DNA of 64,000 bases, taken from the NCBI GenBank assembly GCA_964016885.1, contig OZ024743.1, forward strand, positions 186,496,001-186,560,000, given 5' to 3'. Under the pieces are notes generated by a model. That model saw only the letters and a list, made by a program, of their open reading frames with translations. It searched no databases and was not told where the DNA came from. Made by a program: the position numbers and the translations under genes. This document shows, piece by piece, positions 13,574-25,495 of the stretch (position 1 is its first letter; each line of letters begins with the position of its first letter). This stretch comes from Eledone cirrhosa (taxonomy: Eukaryota).

Positions 13574-16500
13574 AGAGTTGATAAAATACCAGACAGGATC
13601 GTCCTCGAGGAAGATGTCATCTCCATTTTCGTGTAGGGGAAAACCACATACTTAAAGGCCTTTTGCCCTCTCTTAAACAAACCGAGGACAAACAAGGTGT
13701 TATTACCAACCCCAACATCAACACTCCAAACCAAATACAACAGAAACACCTGCAACATCCACTTCCACACCACCACAGACCAGAGAAAATCACACACACA
13801 AAATCCCACTGAAAAACCCTCCATTCCCCCCCCCCCCCCCCTGTCAAATACTTCCACAAACACCTGCACAAACACTCCATCACACAACATACCCCTCCCA
13901 TCTACCCCTGATTCAGAAGTCTCAGATACGGGAACCTCTACATCTCCAAGTAAGAATGAAGAGGAACCCCAAAAATCCCCAAAACAAAAAAGACACAAAA
14001 ACATCTACAGAAAACATGCACACACCCAACCCCACCATAAACACACCGCCACAAACGACAAACACACCAACAACTCAATCACCACCAACACAACCAAACA
14101 CTTCACCAACAAAACAAACACCCACACCACCACAATCACAAACCCCAACCACAAAAAGAAAACTACAATACAGAAACAGTACACATAAAAAACAAAACAC
14201 ACTACACATACATAAAAACAAGAAACAAAGAACTGGTGGAAACTGTCCGAAAGGACCCCACAGTACAAACGGAAGGGAAAACCTTCCCCACCAACTACCC
14301 ACCCCCAAACCTCAAACTTATCAGGGTAACAACCCTACAGTATGAAACTTTAAAAGAGAACTTCCCACATGATGTGCCCCCCCCCCCCCCCCCCCCTTGC
14401 CAAAAGCCCTTAACCGTGTCCTGCTAAAAGGATTCCCTCCCTCCCCAAACACCACCAATCTGGACATGGAGATCGAACAACCCGACCTCCAGGAAACGAA
14501 AAGGTAAGTGTTCCTACCTTTTCTCTCCTTAACTCTTCTTCACCAACATGGCGACTATACAAGCTGGATGTTTGAATGTACGTGGCCTGGGCATATCCTG
14601 GAAACAGAGCCAGCTTTTAAAAGATCTAAGGTCACATTGTATAGATGTGATAGCCATCACCGAGTCCAGAATTCACGACAAGCAGCAGCTAACCCCCATG
14701 TTCGATGATTTTGAGGTCTACGCATCTCTCTGTCAGCCAGGAGGTGGAGGGGGAGTTGCTGTTCTGTTTCGAAAAAACTTGAATCTCAAAATACAGACGA
14801 TTCACTTGGACCCGGAGGGCAGCCTGGTTGTCCTGGACGTGAATGGTAGTGAAGGTGGAGCTTTCAGACTGGTGGCCGTATATGCCCCGACTGGAACATC
14901 GTGACCAGAGTTCTTCAAGCGTCTGGAGCCATTCCTGGGAACGTCTCGCTCCTTAGTGTTAGTGGGGGACTGGAATGGCATCTTAGACGCACGTTGGGAC
15001 TATGTAGGAGCTTGTGATAATAGAGGGGGTGTAATAGCCTAAAAAATCTCATCAGCCAATTCCAACTGGCTGATAGATATCGACTAAACTTCCCAAGTGC
15101 ACCACTGTGGACGTGGAGCAACCGCACAGGGCCTTCTAGATCGTATTTAGATAGAATTTTAATTAAACAGAATGATAAGGAAACATTAAGCTGTCCACAA
15201 ATGCACATGGTTGCCTATTCAGACCACAAATTAGTCACCTGCGTAGTCAAGCTTGATAGAAACATAGACAGGGACCCGGAAGCTAAACATGTCGCTCCCG
15301 GCGCGTAAGGCCTACAGTAAACGGATTAGCACCTTAGTTAAGTGCCAGTTGACGGGGGCGATCGTCAACAACAGGTGGTGGAGCTCTCTCAAGAGAGCAA
15401 TTAGAATAGAATCGATAGCATTTAGCAAGGAAGTAGCTTTAGAAAAAAACAAAACTGAAAAGGAACTGGTAGTTAAAATAGAAGAGGCACTTAGGAATGG
15501 CAGTACAGCTGACGTGCTAGCGGCGAGAGAACGGCACTAGACCAGTTTTTCAACGTGAAACACGAAGGTTGTATTGTCAGAAGTAGAACATGTGCTCTAA
15601 GAAACGAGGGAGGCAAAGCTGTTACCTGGGCTCGAGTGGCAGAGGCGAAAAGTGGCAACAAATCCACTATTCGGTCTTTGCAAGACAAAGATGGACGCAT
15701 TCTACTTGAATCCAGCAGCATTTTGCACAACTGTTCGGGCAAAGCGGTACATCGAGCGAGGTGATGGACTTCAGTTCCTACCTCGACGGCGTACCGCGAC
15801 TCTCGAGCACGGATGCGGAGAGCTGCGATAGGCCGATCACAGCGGGCGAAATAGAAGATGCCCTAGGCCACTGCGGGAAACGCAAATCATCCGGTTTAGA
15901 TGGTCTACCCTATGAGTTTTATATAGGCATGCCAGACTTGTTCTCTGGCATCCTCGAAGTGGTCTACTGCAACTGGCAGCAAAACAGGAGGATTCCCAGT
16001 TCTGTAGGCAGAGGCGTAGTAACGCTGATCAGGAAAGATGAGGACAAGGGGGATGAGATAAGCAATTCCAGGCCCATAACTCTGCTCAACACAGAGTTAA
16101 AGATTTTGGCCAAGGTGTTAGCAACGAGGCTGGCGCTTGCCACCGAGAACCTGGTAGGGGAAGTGCAAACATGTGCAATCCCGACCAGGTCCATACACGA
16201 CAACCTCCACCTCATGCGATACATCATAGAGAGGGTAAGGTGTAAACCTGGCTTCGGTGGGGCTCTGATCAATTTAGATCAGTCTAAGGCATTTGATAGG
16301 GTCAACCATCAATACTTGGAAGCAGTTCTCAAGGCGGCCGGCTTCGGTCCCGTCTTCAGAGGCTGGATTGCTGCCATGCACACTAGCATCTGCTCGGCTG
16401 TCAAGGTGAATGGCTACCTATCGGAGCCATTCTAAATCATGCGTTCCATCCGTCAGGGATGCCCTCTTTCCTCCATTCTGTATATACTGACTCTCGAGCC

Positions 16501-16690
16501 ATTACTGTGGAAGTTGGAGCTGTTGCATGGCATCCCGATTGAACCAGGACTATGGAAAGTAGCGTCGGCCGATGCCGACTATGTAACCGTAATGGTGTCG
16601 AAAACCTCGGAAATCGGGGTATTCGGCAACCTATTACAGGAATACGAAACGTTGACAGGAGTAAGACTAAACCCAAACAAGTCTGTTTGA
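13574..16690 (+). mobile_element. Tx1/L1-group non-LTR retrotransposon (ORF1 remnant, APE endonuclease and RT), pseudogenised and truncated
   Basis: ORF2 from ATG 14548 shows APE motifs (CLNVRGL, AITES, VYAP, GDWN, YLDR, SDH) and RT motifs (GLDGLPYEFY, RPITLLNTELKILAK, LDQSKAFDRV, SIRQGCPLS). The upstream region is Pro/Thr/Lys-rich and ORF1-like. Starts directly after (TCTA)4. Confidence 0.9.
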
Positions 16691-16738
16691 TAAGAATGAC
16701 TTTTCTGTTGGTTGTTATTGTGTAATGGGCAAGTGTTT

Positions 16739-16794
<56 letters not shown>

Positions 16795-16819
16795 TCTTGG
16801 TTCCTCTGAAATAGTGATG

Positions 16820-17025
16820 GATATATGAATGTATATATAGTATATTTGATAATATAATGTATGTTGAATTAAAAACATTTTGAAGACCATTCGCTATGAA
16901 TTTTAAAGTATTGCCAAAAATAGGTAAGTGACATAGTCACTATTTTAAAATTCATAGTGAATGGTTTTCAAAATGTTCTTAATTAAACATATAGTATATT
17001 ATCAAATATACTATATATACATTTA
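16820..17025. repeat. AT-rich ~200-bp imperfect palindrome (MITE or PLE remnant)
   Basis: ATATATAGTATATTTGATAATATA...GACCATTCGCTATGAATTTTAAA pairs with TTTAAAATTCATAGTGAATGGTT...TATATTATCAAATATACTATATAT. Confidence 0.75.
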
Positions 17026-17108
<83 letters not shown>

Positions 17109-17141
17109 ATATATCTATTTAGCTATCTATCTATCTATATA

Positions 17142-17174
<33 letters not shown>

Positions 17175-17235
17175 CTATTTATATATCTATCTATCTATAT
17201 CTCTCTCTCTATATATATCTATATCTATATATATA

Positions 17236-17305
<70 letters not shown>
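17026..17305. repeat. (TCTA)n followed by (TA)n microsatellite
   Basis: Directly visible. Confidence 0.97.
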
Positions 17306-17310
<5 letters not shown>

Positions 17311-18028
17311 AAATGTGGAGAGGAGGCACACGAGTTAGGATATATATATATATGAAAACAGGGAGAAAGAGACGATTATGAGGAAGAAAAATATATATTT
17401 TTCCTTTTTTTTGTCTCTCTCTCTCTCTTTTTTCTGGGTTAGAAAATGATTAAAACGAAATGTTTTACTTTGTGTGAAGTGTTAAGGTATTGGTTGATTT
17501 ATTTATTATTTAACAATGGCATTTATTTATCTATTTATATATTTAATTATTGTCTATTACCGGTTTCTGCATTTATATGCATTATCAAATGATAGTGAAA
17601 TGTGTGGTGTCGCACATGTTAAACAGAAGGTGCAGAAAGAATAATGTTATATACAAACAAGGTTTAAGAAGTGAAAAGAAAAAAGAAAAAAGAAAAAAGA
17701 AAAAAGAAAAAAGAAAAAAGAAAAAAGAAAAAAGAAAAAAGGAAAAAAAACCGTGCATAATGTGGAACGTAAAAAGTCAATGTGGAAGCACAGTCATTGA
17801 AGTTAAACAGTTCAAAATGTGTTAATATCGCAAGAGTGTTTAGTTGAACCATGGTTCCGTAAAGGGGGCAAATGGTGGACTGTGGTTTGATATGATTTCC
17901 CTTTTTAGAGAGTTAATATACAGGGGGAAGCAATTCTTGCTGGGTGATATTTAATTTATTTAAGAAAAAAGATTAGGTAGGGTGTGAGGGAGGTAACTCT
18001 TGTAAATGTTTGATGGTTTTTTGCAGTT

Positions 18029-18387
18029 TTAGATAGGTCTGAATTTTAGGGCATTGAGTACTGGTTGAAATTTATTAATGAAATGTGTTTCCTTATTGGT
18101 ACGTTGGATGAAAGTAGCATTGTCTATGAATTTGTAAATGGGGAAAATTTTAAAGTTTGGAAGTTGGTTGTGAGCACAATTGGCGATATGTTCACTAAAT
18201 GCAATCTTTCTGTATTCCTGTATTTTAATTTGTGATTTATGGACGGACATACGTTGACGGAGGCTGTTTTTTGTCTGTCCTATATAGTGCTCTAGACAAT
18301 CTGAGCAAGTCAAAACATAGATAAGGTTTTCAGATGCACATGTAAAGTTGTGTTTAACTGTGAAACGTTGTCCTTGTTTAAAATGGA
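18029..18387 (-). mobile_element. Penelope-like element, GIY-YIG endonuclease C-terminal fragment
   Basis: NLIYVLTCSDCLEHYIGQTKNSLRQRMSVHKS...FSEH...RTNKETHFINKFQPVLN shows the PLE GIY-YIG signature (IY..C..C...YIG.T...L..R...H; E..FI...P.LN). Confidence 0.88.
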
Positions 18388-19142
18388 ATGTTGAACCATG
18401 GGCCCAGCACTATGTGTCAATAATTGTCACAAGTGTAGTGTTTGTACCATGTCACGTGAATAAGCACTATAAATTTCGTGCCAATTCGTGTTGCAAAAAT
18501 TCTTGTAGTCAAAACAATTTTGATTGGTCGGTAGAAGTCACGTGAATGTTTAAATTGATTTTAGCGCGAACTGGTTTCGCGCCAAATGTAGGTTGGTCAA
18601 AGAGTGTCCTTTTCCGCTTGATTGAGTTGCAGTCATGTTGAGAGGTCAACAGTTCAAGTGTCTATTAAGACAAATATGTGTGTGTGTGTAGCAAAGTGAT
18701 TCATTGTTGTGATAATAGAAATGAATCGGTCAGTAGGAATGTGTGTCTGCGTGTGTGTGGTGGTGGTGGTGGTGGTGGGGGGGGGGGGGGGTGTTATTTT
18801 AACATGTTGAAAAATCTCTTCGCCCCTGGTATATATACGTATATGTATATATATATATATATGGAATAGAATGAAACGAAATTTCATTTCTCACTCTTAG
18901 TACGGCAGTTACTTAAATGTAAGTATGTATGTATACGTACATACATATATGTATACAGACGTACAGTAGTATGTATATATATACATACATGCACACATAT
19001 ATATATATATATGCACGTATCGGTTTACCGAACATTTATTATAATGCTCGGTTTGTTTGTTTGTAAACAAACAAACAGCCCGAATTATGCCGTACAGTGT
19101 TTAGGCAACCACGTCACCTTTTTGTTCAACACTGACACAGGA

Positions 19143-19185
19143 ACGATGTACTAGTTTCAAGCTTATCAGCTATCGTCAGCATCGT
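19143..19185 (-). ncRNA. Minimal type-I hammerhead ribozyme motif (PLE-type)
   Basis: Minus strand reads ACGATG-CTGACGA-T-AGC-TGATAA-GCT-T-GAAA-CTAG-TA-CATCGT: 6-bp stem I, intact CUGANGA/GAAA core, palindromic stem III and a GUA cleavage triplet. Confidence 0.85.
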
Positions 19186-19379
19186 ATACCTTCTTGCCAG
19201 ATGGTTGAACGTCTGAAAGTATATACTTTCCTTATGCATATTAACGGCTGAGCAGCCTAATTTGCATATCGAGTGAGTTTAGTCGGCCGGGCGCACCGAA
19301 AACGATAAATGGAATAGAATGAAACAAAATTTCATTTCTCACTCTTAGAACGGCAGTTATTTACTATATATATATATAT

Positions 19380-19439
<60 letters not shown>

Positions 19440-19441
<2 letters not shown>

Positions 19442-19830
19442 ATTATTAGAGCGTTTGATATTAAAAATGTCATTAGAAAGTTTAGATTGAAAACTGTTAT
19501 TGTACTTATGGAATTTTAAATCGTTAATCATGTTAACTAAGTCTATTTCAAAGGGGGCCATATCCTTTACTCTAGGTGGATATTTGCATAATTTAATATC
19601 AAAGTAATCCATAGAATTAGTACTGAACTGTCCATCGAATATCATCGCCTTCCATCTCATTCTTTGTATAACTTTTTCGACTTTATCGATTAACATTTTG
19701 GTATAAGTTGTATTGGAAGGTGTAGGAATGTTTTTGATTGAGTAATCCATATTGTATACATCCATAATGTATGTTGGTTAATTTCCTATAATTGTAGAGT
19801 GCTCAACTTATCGGGCTGGAAGATGCCAAT
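19440..19830 (-). mobile_element. Penelope-like element ORF N-terminal fragment
   Basis: MDYSIKNIPTPS...KMLIDKVEKVIQRMRWKA...FEIDL..MI..LKF...FQSKL resembles N-termini of invertebrate PLE ORFs. Truncated by (TA)n. Confidence 0.7.
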
Positions 19831-19889
19831 CACATTTCTCTCTCTCTATCTATCTATCTATCTATCTATCTAATCTATCTATCTATCTA

Positions 19890-20271
19890 CTGATTCTTTT
19901 TTTCAAATACCACTTTGGAAGAAGAATCAAGATGGAGAGAGAGGTGCTGTACCCCAGCAAGTTTTATGAAAGGTGGGTGAAAGTGGCAAGAATGGCCCGA
20001 GTGAATGGGCCTTCTCTCTATATCAGCCTGTAGGTTGAGGAAAAGGAGGAGGAGAGGAAAGGAGTACAAACTCTTCGTACTCCTGGAGATGAGGGTTTCA
20101 CATTTTTTCGGGGGTATGTGTTTCCCATATAAACTGTCTCCCCCTATTGAGGAAAATCGACTAACTTTTTTAATTGCATTTGTGATAACATTTTACACGT
20201 TTTTATTGTATGTAAACTTCCCCCTTTGTATTTGTCCCCTTCTTTTGTGCCCCTGTGGCGAATAAAGAAAC
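19890..20271 (+). mobile_element. 3' end of a Tx1/L1-like element inserted in a (TCTA)n array
   Basis: Open frame LILFFKYHFGRRIKMEREVLYPSKFYERWVKVARMARVNGPSLYISL* (stop 20031-20033, F..RW C-terminal motif), then a 3'UTR and AATAAA at 20261. (TCTA)n lies on both sides. Confidence 0.7.
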
Positions 20272-20712
20272 ATATCTATCTATCTATCTATCTACCTATC
20301 TATCTATCTATCTATCTATCTATCTCTATATATATAATAGGCACACTGTATGTTGTTAGAGGTGATTAAAATGTTGGCATCAGGAAGGGCATCAAACTGT
20401 AAAATATTGTCTAAAAATATCCTGCACAACTCATGCCAGCATGGAAAAGTGGGTGTGAAAACGATGATGATGAATTCTTAGTGTGAGAAAAGCAAGCAAA
20501 CATTTTATTTGAATAACATCCTCAAAATTGTTAATGACTAGTTAATTCTTTCGGACAATGACTGAAGCAAATGAAATTCTAAATTGTGGTAACTATGCCA
20601 CAGGTAAAAGAATAAAGAGTGAAAGTAAAATAGCAAAGAGATTGATTTCTTCTCTTGATGATAATATTGTTTAAATAAATAATAAGCCCTTCTAGTTGTT
20701 TTTCTGTTTCTG

Positions 20713-20767
<55 letters not shown>

Positions 20768-23377
20768 CCTCTCTCTCTCTCACACACATGCGCATGCACA
20801 CACACACACACACACACACACAGTCATACTTTCTTGCTTGCAAAGGTTAGTTGCAATTGCTTGGTTATAGCCACTACTATACCAGATGCACAATCTACTT
20901 AGGTTCGATAATTTAATCTGCATTACAGGTGCAGTAATATTTTAGATTAGCAGAGCATGTGTAATTGAAGTAGATGCCTTACAGATGAATGCTTTTTCCT
21001 AGGATAAAGGACTACATGAAGGAAACGAGAAGAAATATTCACAACAAAAATATTGGCATTCAATCAATTTTGGAGGGAAAAAACTAGGTTTGGGAAAATT
21101 CAAGGAGTAAATTACCCGAATACTTGGTTTGGAATGTCTAAATTTGATCTCAATTTAAAATAATTTGATAATTTGGTTTTAAAATAATTAACATTATTAA
21201 TTTTGATTTAAAAATGAATCTAGCTGTTTTTTTATTTTACAAAAAAAAAAAGAAAAAAAAGAATTAGAAAATTATTATTCATTGAATATAATATTGAAAA
21301 ATATTTTTAGACAACTCTATTTTATTTTTGCAATATTTTTATTAACAAATAAATTTTAAGCAAAGCAAAATTAAGTAAGAAACAAAAAAAAGTAGATAAT
21401 TCTGTTTCACGTTACTGTTGGCTATGCTTGAATTGAAGAAGCAAACTTACAAGTGTGACTAAAAAAATTGAAATGCTAGTCACATGACTGCATTGAGCAG
21501 ATGCATGATCAAAATGGATATTTTTTCTAACATTTTCAGCTGTACATTTTTATTTTATTTTTCCTTTTCTTAATGTACTTTATATATTTTTTTCCAAATT
21601 GCCTGTAGCATATAAAATCTATCTTATATAATCCCTTCCACCTTTTCCTCCTTATATGTGATATTTCAACAAAACTCAACATAACTTCAAGGCATTATAA
21701 CATTTTTATCAGTAAATTTTCTGAAATATATTTCATAGATGAAATGTTTATAATTTTATATTTTTTATAGCAAAATATTTAATGCTGATCTCACGAATGA
21801 TGAGAGTAAGTTCATACCTAATATTGTTTCATGTTCATTTAATTTAGGCTAGTGAATCACCCTTTTTCACCCCACCGCAAAAACAAAAGTTTCAATAACC
21901 AGTCAATTGAAAGGATTTTATTTTATATAGAAGACCCAAATTGTTGTTATTTAACCCCAGATCAGCTTGATTGAGCACACACAAACTGATAAGCTAACAG
22001 GGATTGGGGGATAATATTGGGAGATGATTCCAATCAGACAGTGAAATGATAAGAATACAGAATAGGCATAGGAACCAATGTCAATACAATAAATTGATAA
22101 AAGGAGACAAAGAACTGTACAAAGAATTGGTATGTTAACAGCAATTGAAGACTAGTAGAATGAGAGAAAATATGAACTCATACCAACATTCCTTTGAAGA
22201 TAGAGAAATACATTTTTGACTAGTGACTTTCACTATGAAAGTGTCTTTAGAGCTGGGGAGAAATTAGTTTATTTCCTGACAGCAAATGACTACAGTATGA
22301 AGAGTGTGGAAAGCTCCAAGCACACACATACAATAAGCATTGGCAGATTCACAGTCATCACAATATGTTCATGTTGAAGCCAATATATAATAACTTAAGA
22401 TATAAAACATAATGATAATGTATAAATATTAAATAATTAATGTATAAATATTAAGTCATTTAGTATTGCATATTTGGTAGCAGTATTTTTCTTTAAAATG
22501 AAAAGATGAGTAGGAGGAAACACTGATAAGTGAATATAATTATTTGGAAAATTGGGATGAGAAAAAATTATAAAGTGAAGTGGATGAGAAGACTCAGAAG
22601 TGATTACAGTTTCAACCAAATACCTACTATAGGTATCAGAAAGAAGCATTAATATTTACTTTATCCTCTTTTCATATTAATATCATTTTTAATTGAAAAA
22701 TGCCCAAATTTCTAACATAATAGGTTATTTCTTTTAGACTATGATAGAATACCATTCCTATGGTTGATCTATGGAAAAATGTATTTTATGACAAAAGCAT
22801 TGGTTCAAATAATGCTAGCTACATTAAACTTTGCCATGTGAAGCTAAAACTTAAATAACTAACTCATATCAGAGTATCAATATAAATACGAATCAAGTAT
22901 TCTCAAAATCTAATATACCTTTAGCATTTTCAAGCATTAAATGCATTTATTATAGAGAGCAACAAATGAAAATCTCCTAGTTTGAAACTAAAGATGTCTT
23001 ATCAAAGAAAGTCCCAAACTCTAATGCCTACTTTGGAATATATAGAAAGGTGAAATCTCATATAACCTAAAAAAGAAAGTCTTAAGGTAAAAGAAAGAAA
23101 GATAAATCTATAAAAGTCTACTAAAACCAGTGTCAATAAAAAGCATGTATAACGAAGTCTTCTTCCCCAATATTGGTTTAATGTCTATTTGTTTGGAGTA
23201 AATTTGCTAGGTCATATTGAGAAACACTGTTTGGTGATAAACGGAAAATACTACTATCAACAATTATGCTTCTGAACTGGAGAAAGCCCAGTAGTTCAAG
23301 AGAAATGTTCTGGTTTATTGCTTATCTTTTGTTTGTAGACATTTTATTACTCTTGGCAGAAGAATGTTATTACTTAC

Positions 23378-23455
23378 AAATTCTTTATGGACAACCACAT
23401 TCATGGATATGCTTCCCTGGTGGCCGTCTTTCATAGCAGTCTCTAAATTCTTCAC
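23378..23455 (-). CDS. CACNA2D: alpha2delta Ca2+ channel subunit exon 8 of 8 found (VKNLETAMKDGHQGSISMNVVVHKEF)
   Basis: tttttcag/GTG...TTT/gtaagt, 78 nt, phase 0-0. Aligns to the LRNAMV.R.TG.FSMEV segment of alpha2delta-3. Confidence 0.88.
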
Positions 23456-24094
23456 CTGAAAAAGCATAAAACACTCTACTTTAACAGAAATAAAAGAAAA
23501 TAATAAAACTAGTAAAATGAAACTAAATAAAAGGGACAAAATGAATTTAAAATTCTTGTTAATGATATTTATTTCAGGCTTTCAGTTCTATCTGAAAAAT
23601 TGAAAAGAGATAGCTATTGTAACATTCCCCTAATATTTAAACAAATTCAAGTGAAAAAACCTATAATATAGAAACAATAATTAATTCTTTAGTTAATTAA
23701 TAAAATTGGAATAGTTGATTTATTTTTCAAACAATCCACAATCATTTTATCAAGCAAGGTTCAAATTTAAAGTTCTCTTTTGTTTATCATAGTTTTACTG
23801 CTTATTCCCAACAGCACCTTGATACACAATATATAAATGTAACAGCTTTAATACCGCTTTCTAGTAGCAAAAGCCACAAGTTTTAATGTAAGATGTGTAT
23901 TTTATTGAATTGACTGGTACTTATTTCATTGAGCCCTGAGTGAAAGGCAAATCCAATTCTAAGAGGTCTGAATAGATCATTATTAACATTAACTCCCAAC
24001 ATGTTTATAATAACATTTTGTATTTTATATGGTGGGCTCCAGTTGTTAATAAAGAATCCATTATTAATATTGATAGAACTCATCCATCATCCTT

Positions 24095-24280
24095 GAGGCG
24101 AAGAAGGTGGATTGGCAGTATCGGTAGAGGGTCGGACACCATGCTTTGACAGCCCTTGCCATTCTGAGTTCAAATCCCACCAAGGTTAACTTTGCCTTTC
24201 ATCCTTATGGGGTCGATAAAATAAACTACCAGTAATGCACTGGGGTAGTTGCTGGCCTTGTGCCCAAAGTAGAAACAATT
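24095..24280 (+). mobile_element. SINE (GGTGGATTGGCAG...TGAGTTCAAATCCC family)
   Basis: B-box-like GAGTTCAAATCC. Similar copies at about 24785-24970, 25770-26150(-), 45377-45800, 53255-53445 and 56090-56295(-). Confidence 0.75.
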
Positions 24281-25460
24281 ATTATTATTATGATTACAAT
24301 TACTGTTATTGTTGTACACACCGTTTTCCATTTCGTGATGTCCCCTTTCCTTTATTCGATATAAACCCTACTGTTTTTTTTCTTGTTTTTTTTCCCAATG
24401 TCTTGGGCCCTTGTGGCCAACAAATGAAACCATTATAATTATTTTTGTTATTATATTTGCCATGAGCAGATGTGCCTTAAGGACTGGAATCTTATTACAT
24501 CTTACTTCATGTAAAAATATAAAAAAACAAATTTTGAATTATTTTGCAATGGAAAGGCTTTAGGTGAAAAAAAGAAAATGGTTTGTTTTGAACAGTTTGA
24601 CATTAAAAAAAATATATTATATGTTGTCACGATAACTTCTTCAAATTAATCCTTTAAACAGCAACCTTCTAAAACTGTCTGTATTCAAATGTTAAAAATT
24701 AAATTTAAATCTTGGACTGAAATCTCATTGTTACATATCTAATTTCAGTTGTTAAATATTTTTTTCATTATTAAGTTGAAAGTTGGGGATGTTGAATTGG
24801 CAGAACTGATAGAGTGTAGGACAAAATGTCTTTGCAGTATTTTTTCCAGTTCTTTATTTTCTGAGTTCTAATTTCGCCAAGTTAAATTATAAGTAAACTC
24901 CCAGAGTCAGTATATTAACTTTCCCCTTACCCCCAAATTGTTGACTTTGTGTCCAAAATAGAAACAATTATTAAGCGGAAAGTTAGCATTTCACTAAACC
25001 TCTCATAATTCTTGATTGTTATCACAATTAAAACACAATGGCAGAATATTCTTGTTAGAAATATAGTCAGAAAAGGATTAAGAAGCAGCAAGATGAGCTT
25101 GTCATAGTAGAAGTAACTCTAATGTATACAGATATGCACACACTCTTTTAATTAAACATTCCCTAAAATTCAGACATTTACTATACATGTAAAGCACACA
25201 AAAAAAGAACAGTCTAAGCAAATTCCCAGAAAACATAGACACTAATAAATGCATAGTACTGGACAATTCAAATTCAAACATTATCAAAACTGTAACAGCA
25301 ATAGCAGCAGTTTCACTTCAATTAGTAGCCAAATAGAACTATTTGATTGAAGCTGACACTCAAGAAAGAAAGGATATAGGAAAATTAGGTGATGATATCA
25401 ATAAAATGCAATTTATAGACTACCATCAGGTCTGGAACTTGATCCTAAAAAAGTGGCAAT

Positions 25461-25495
<35 letters not shown>

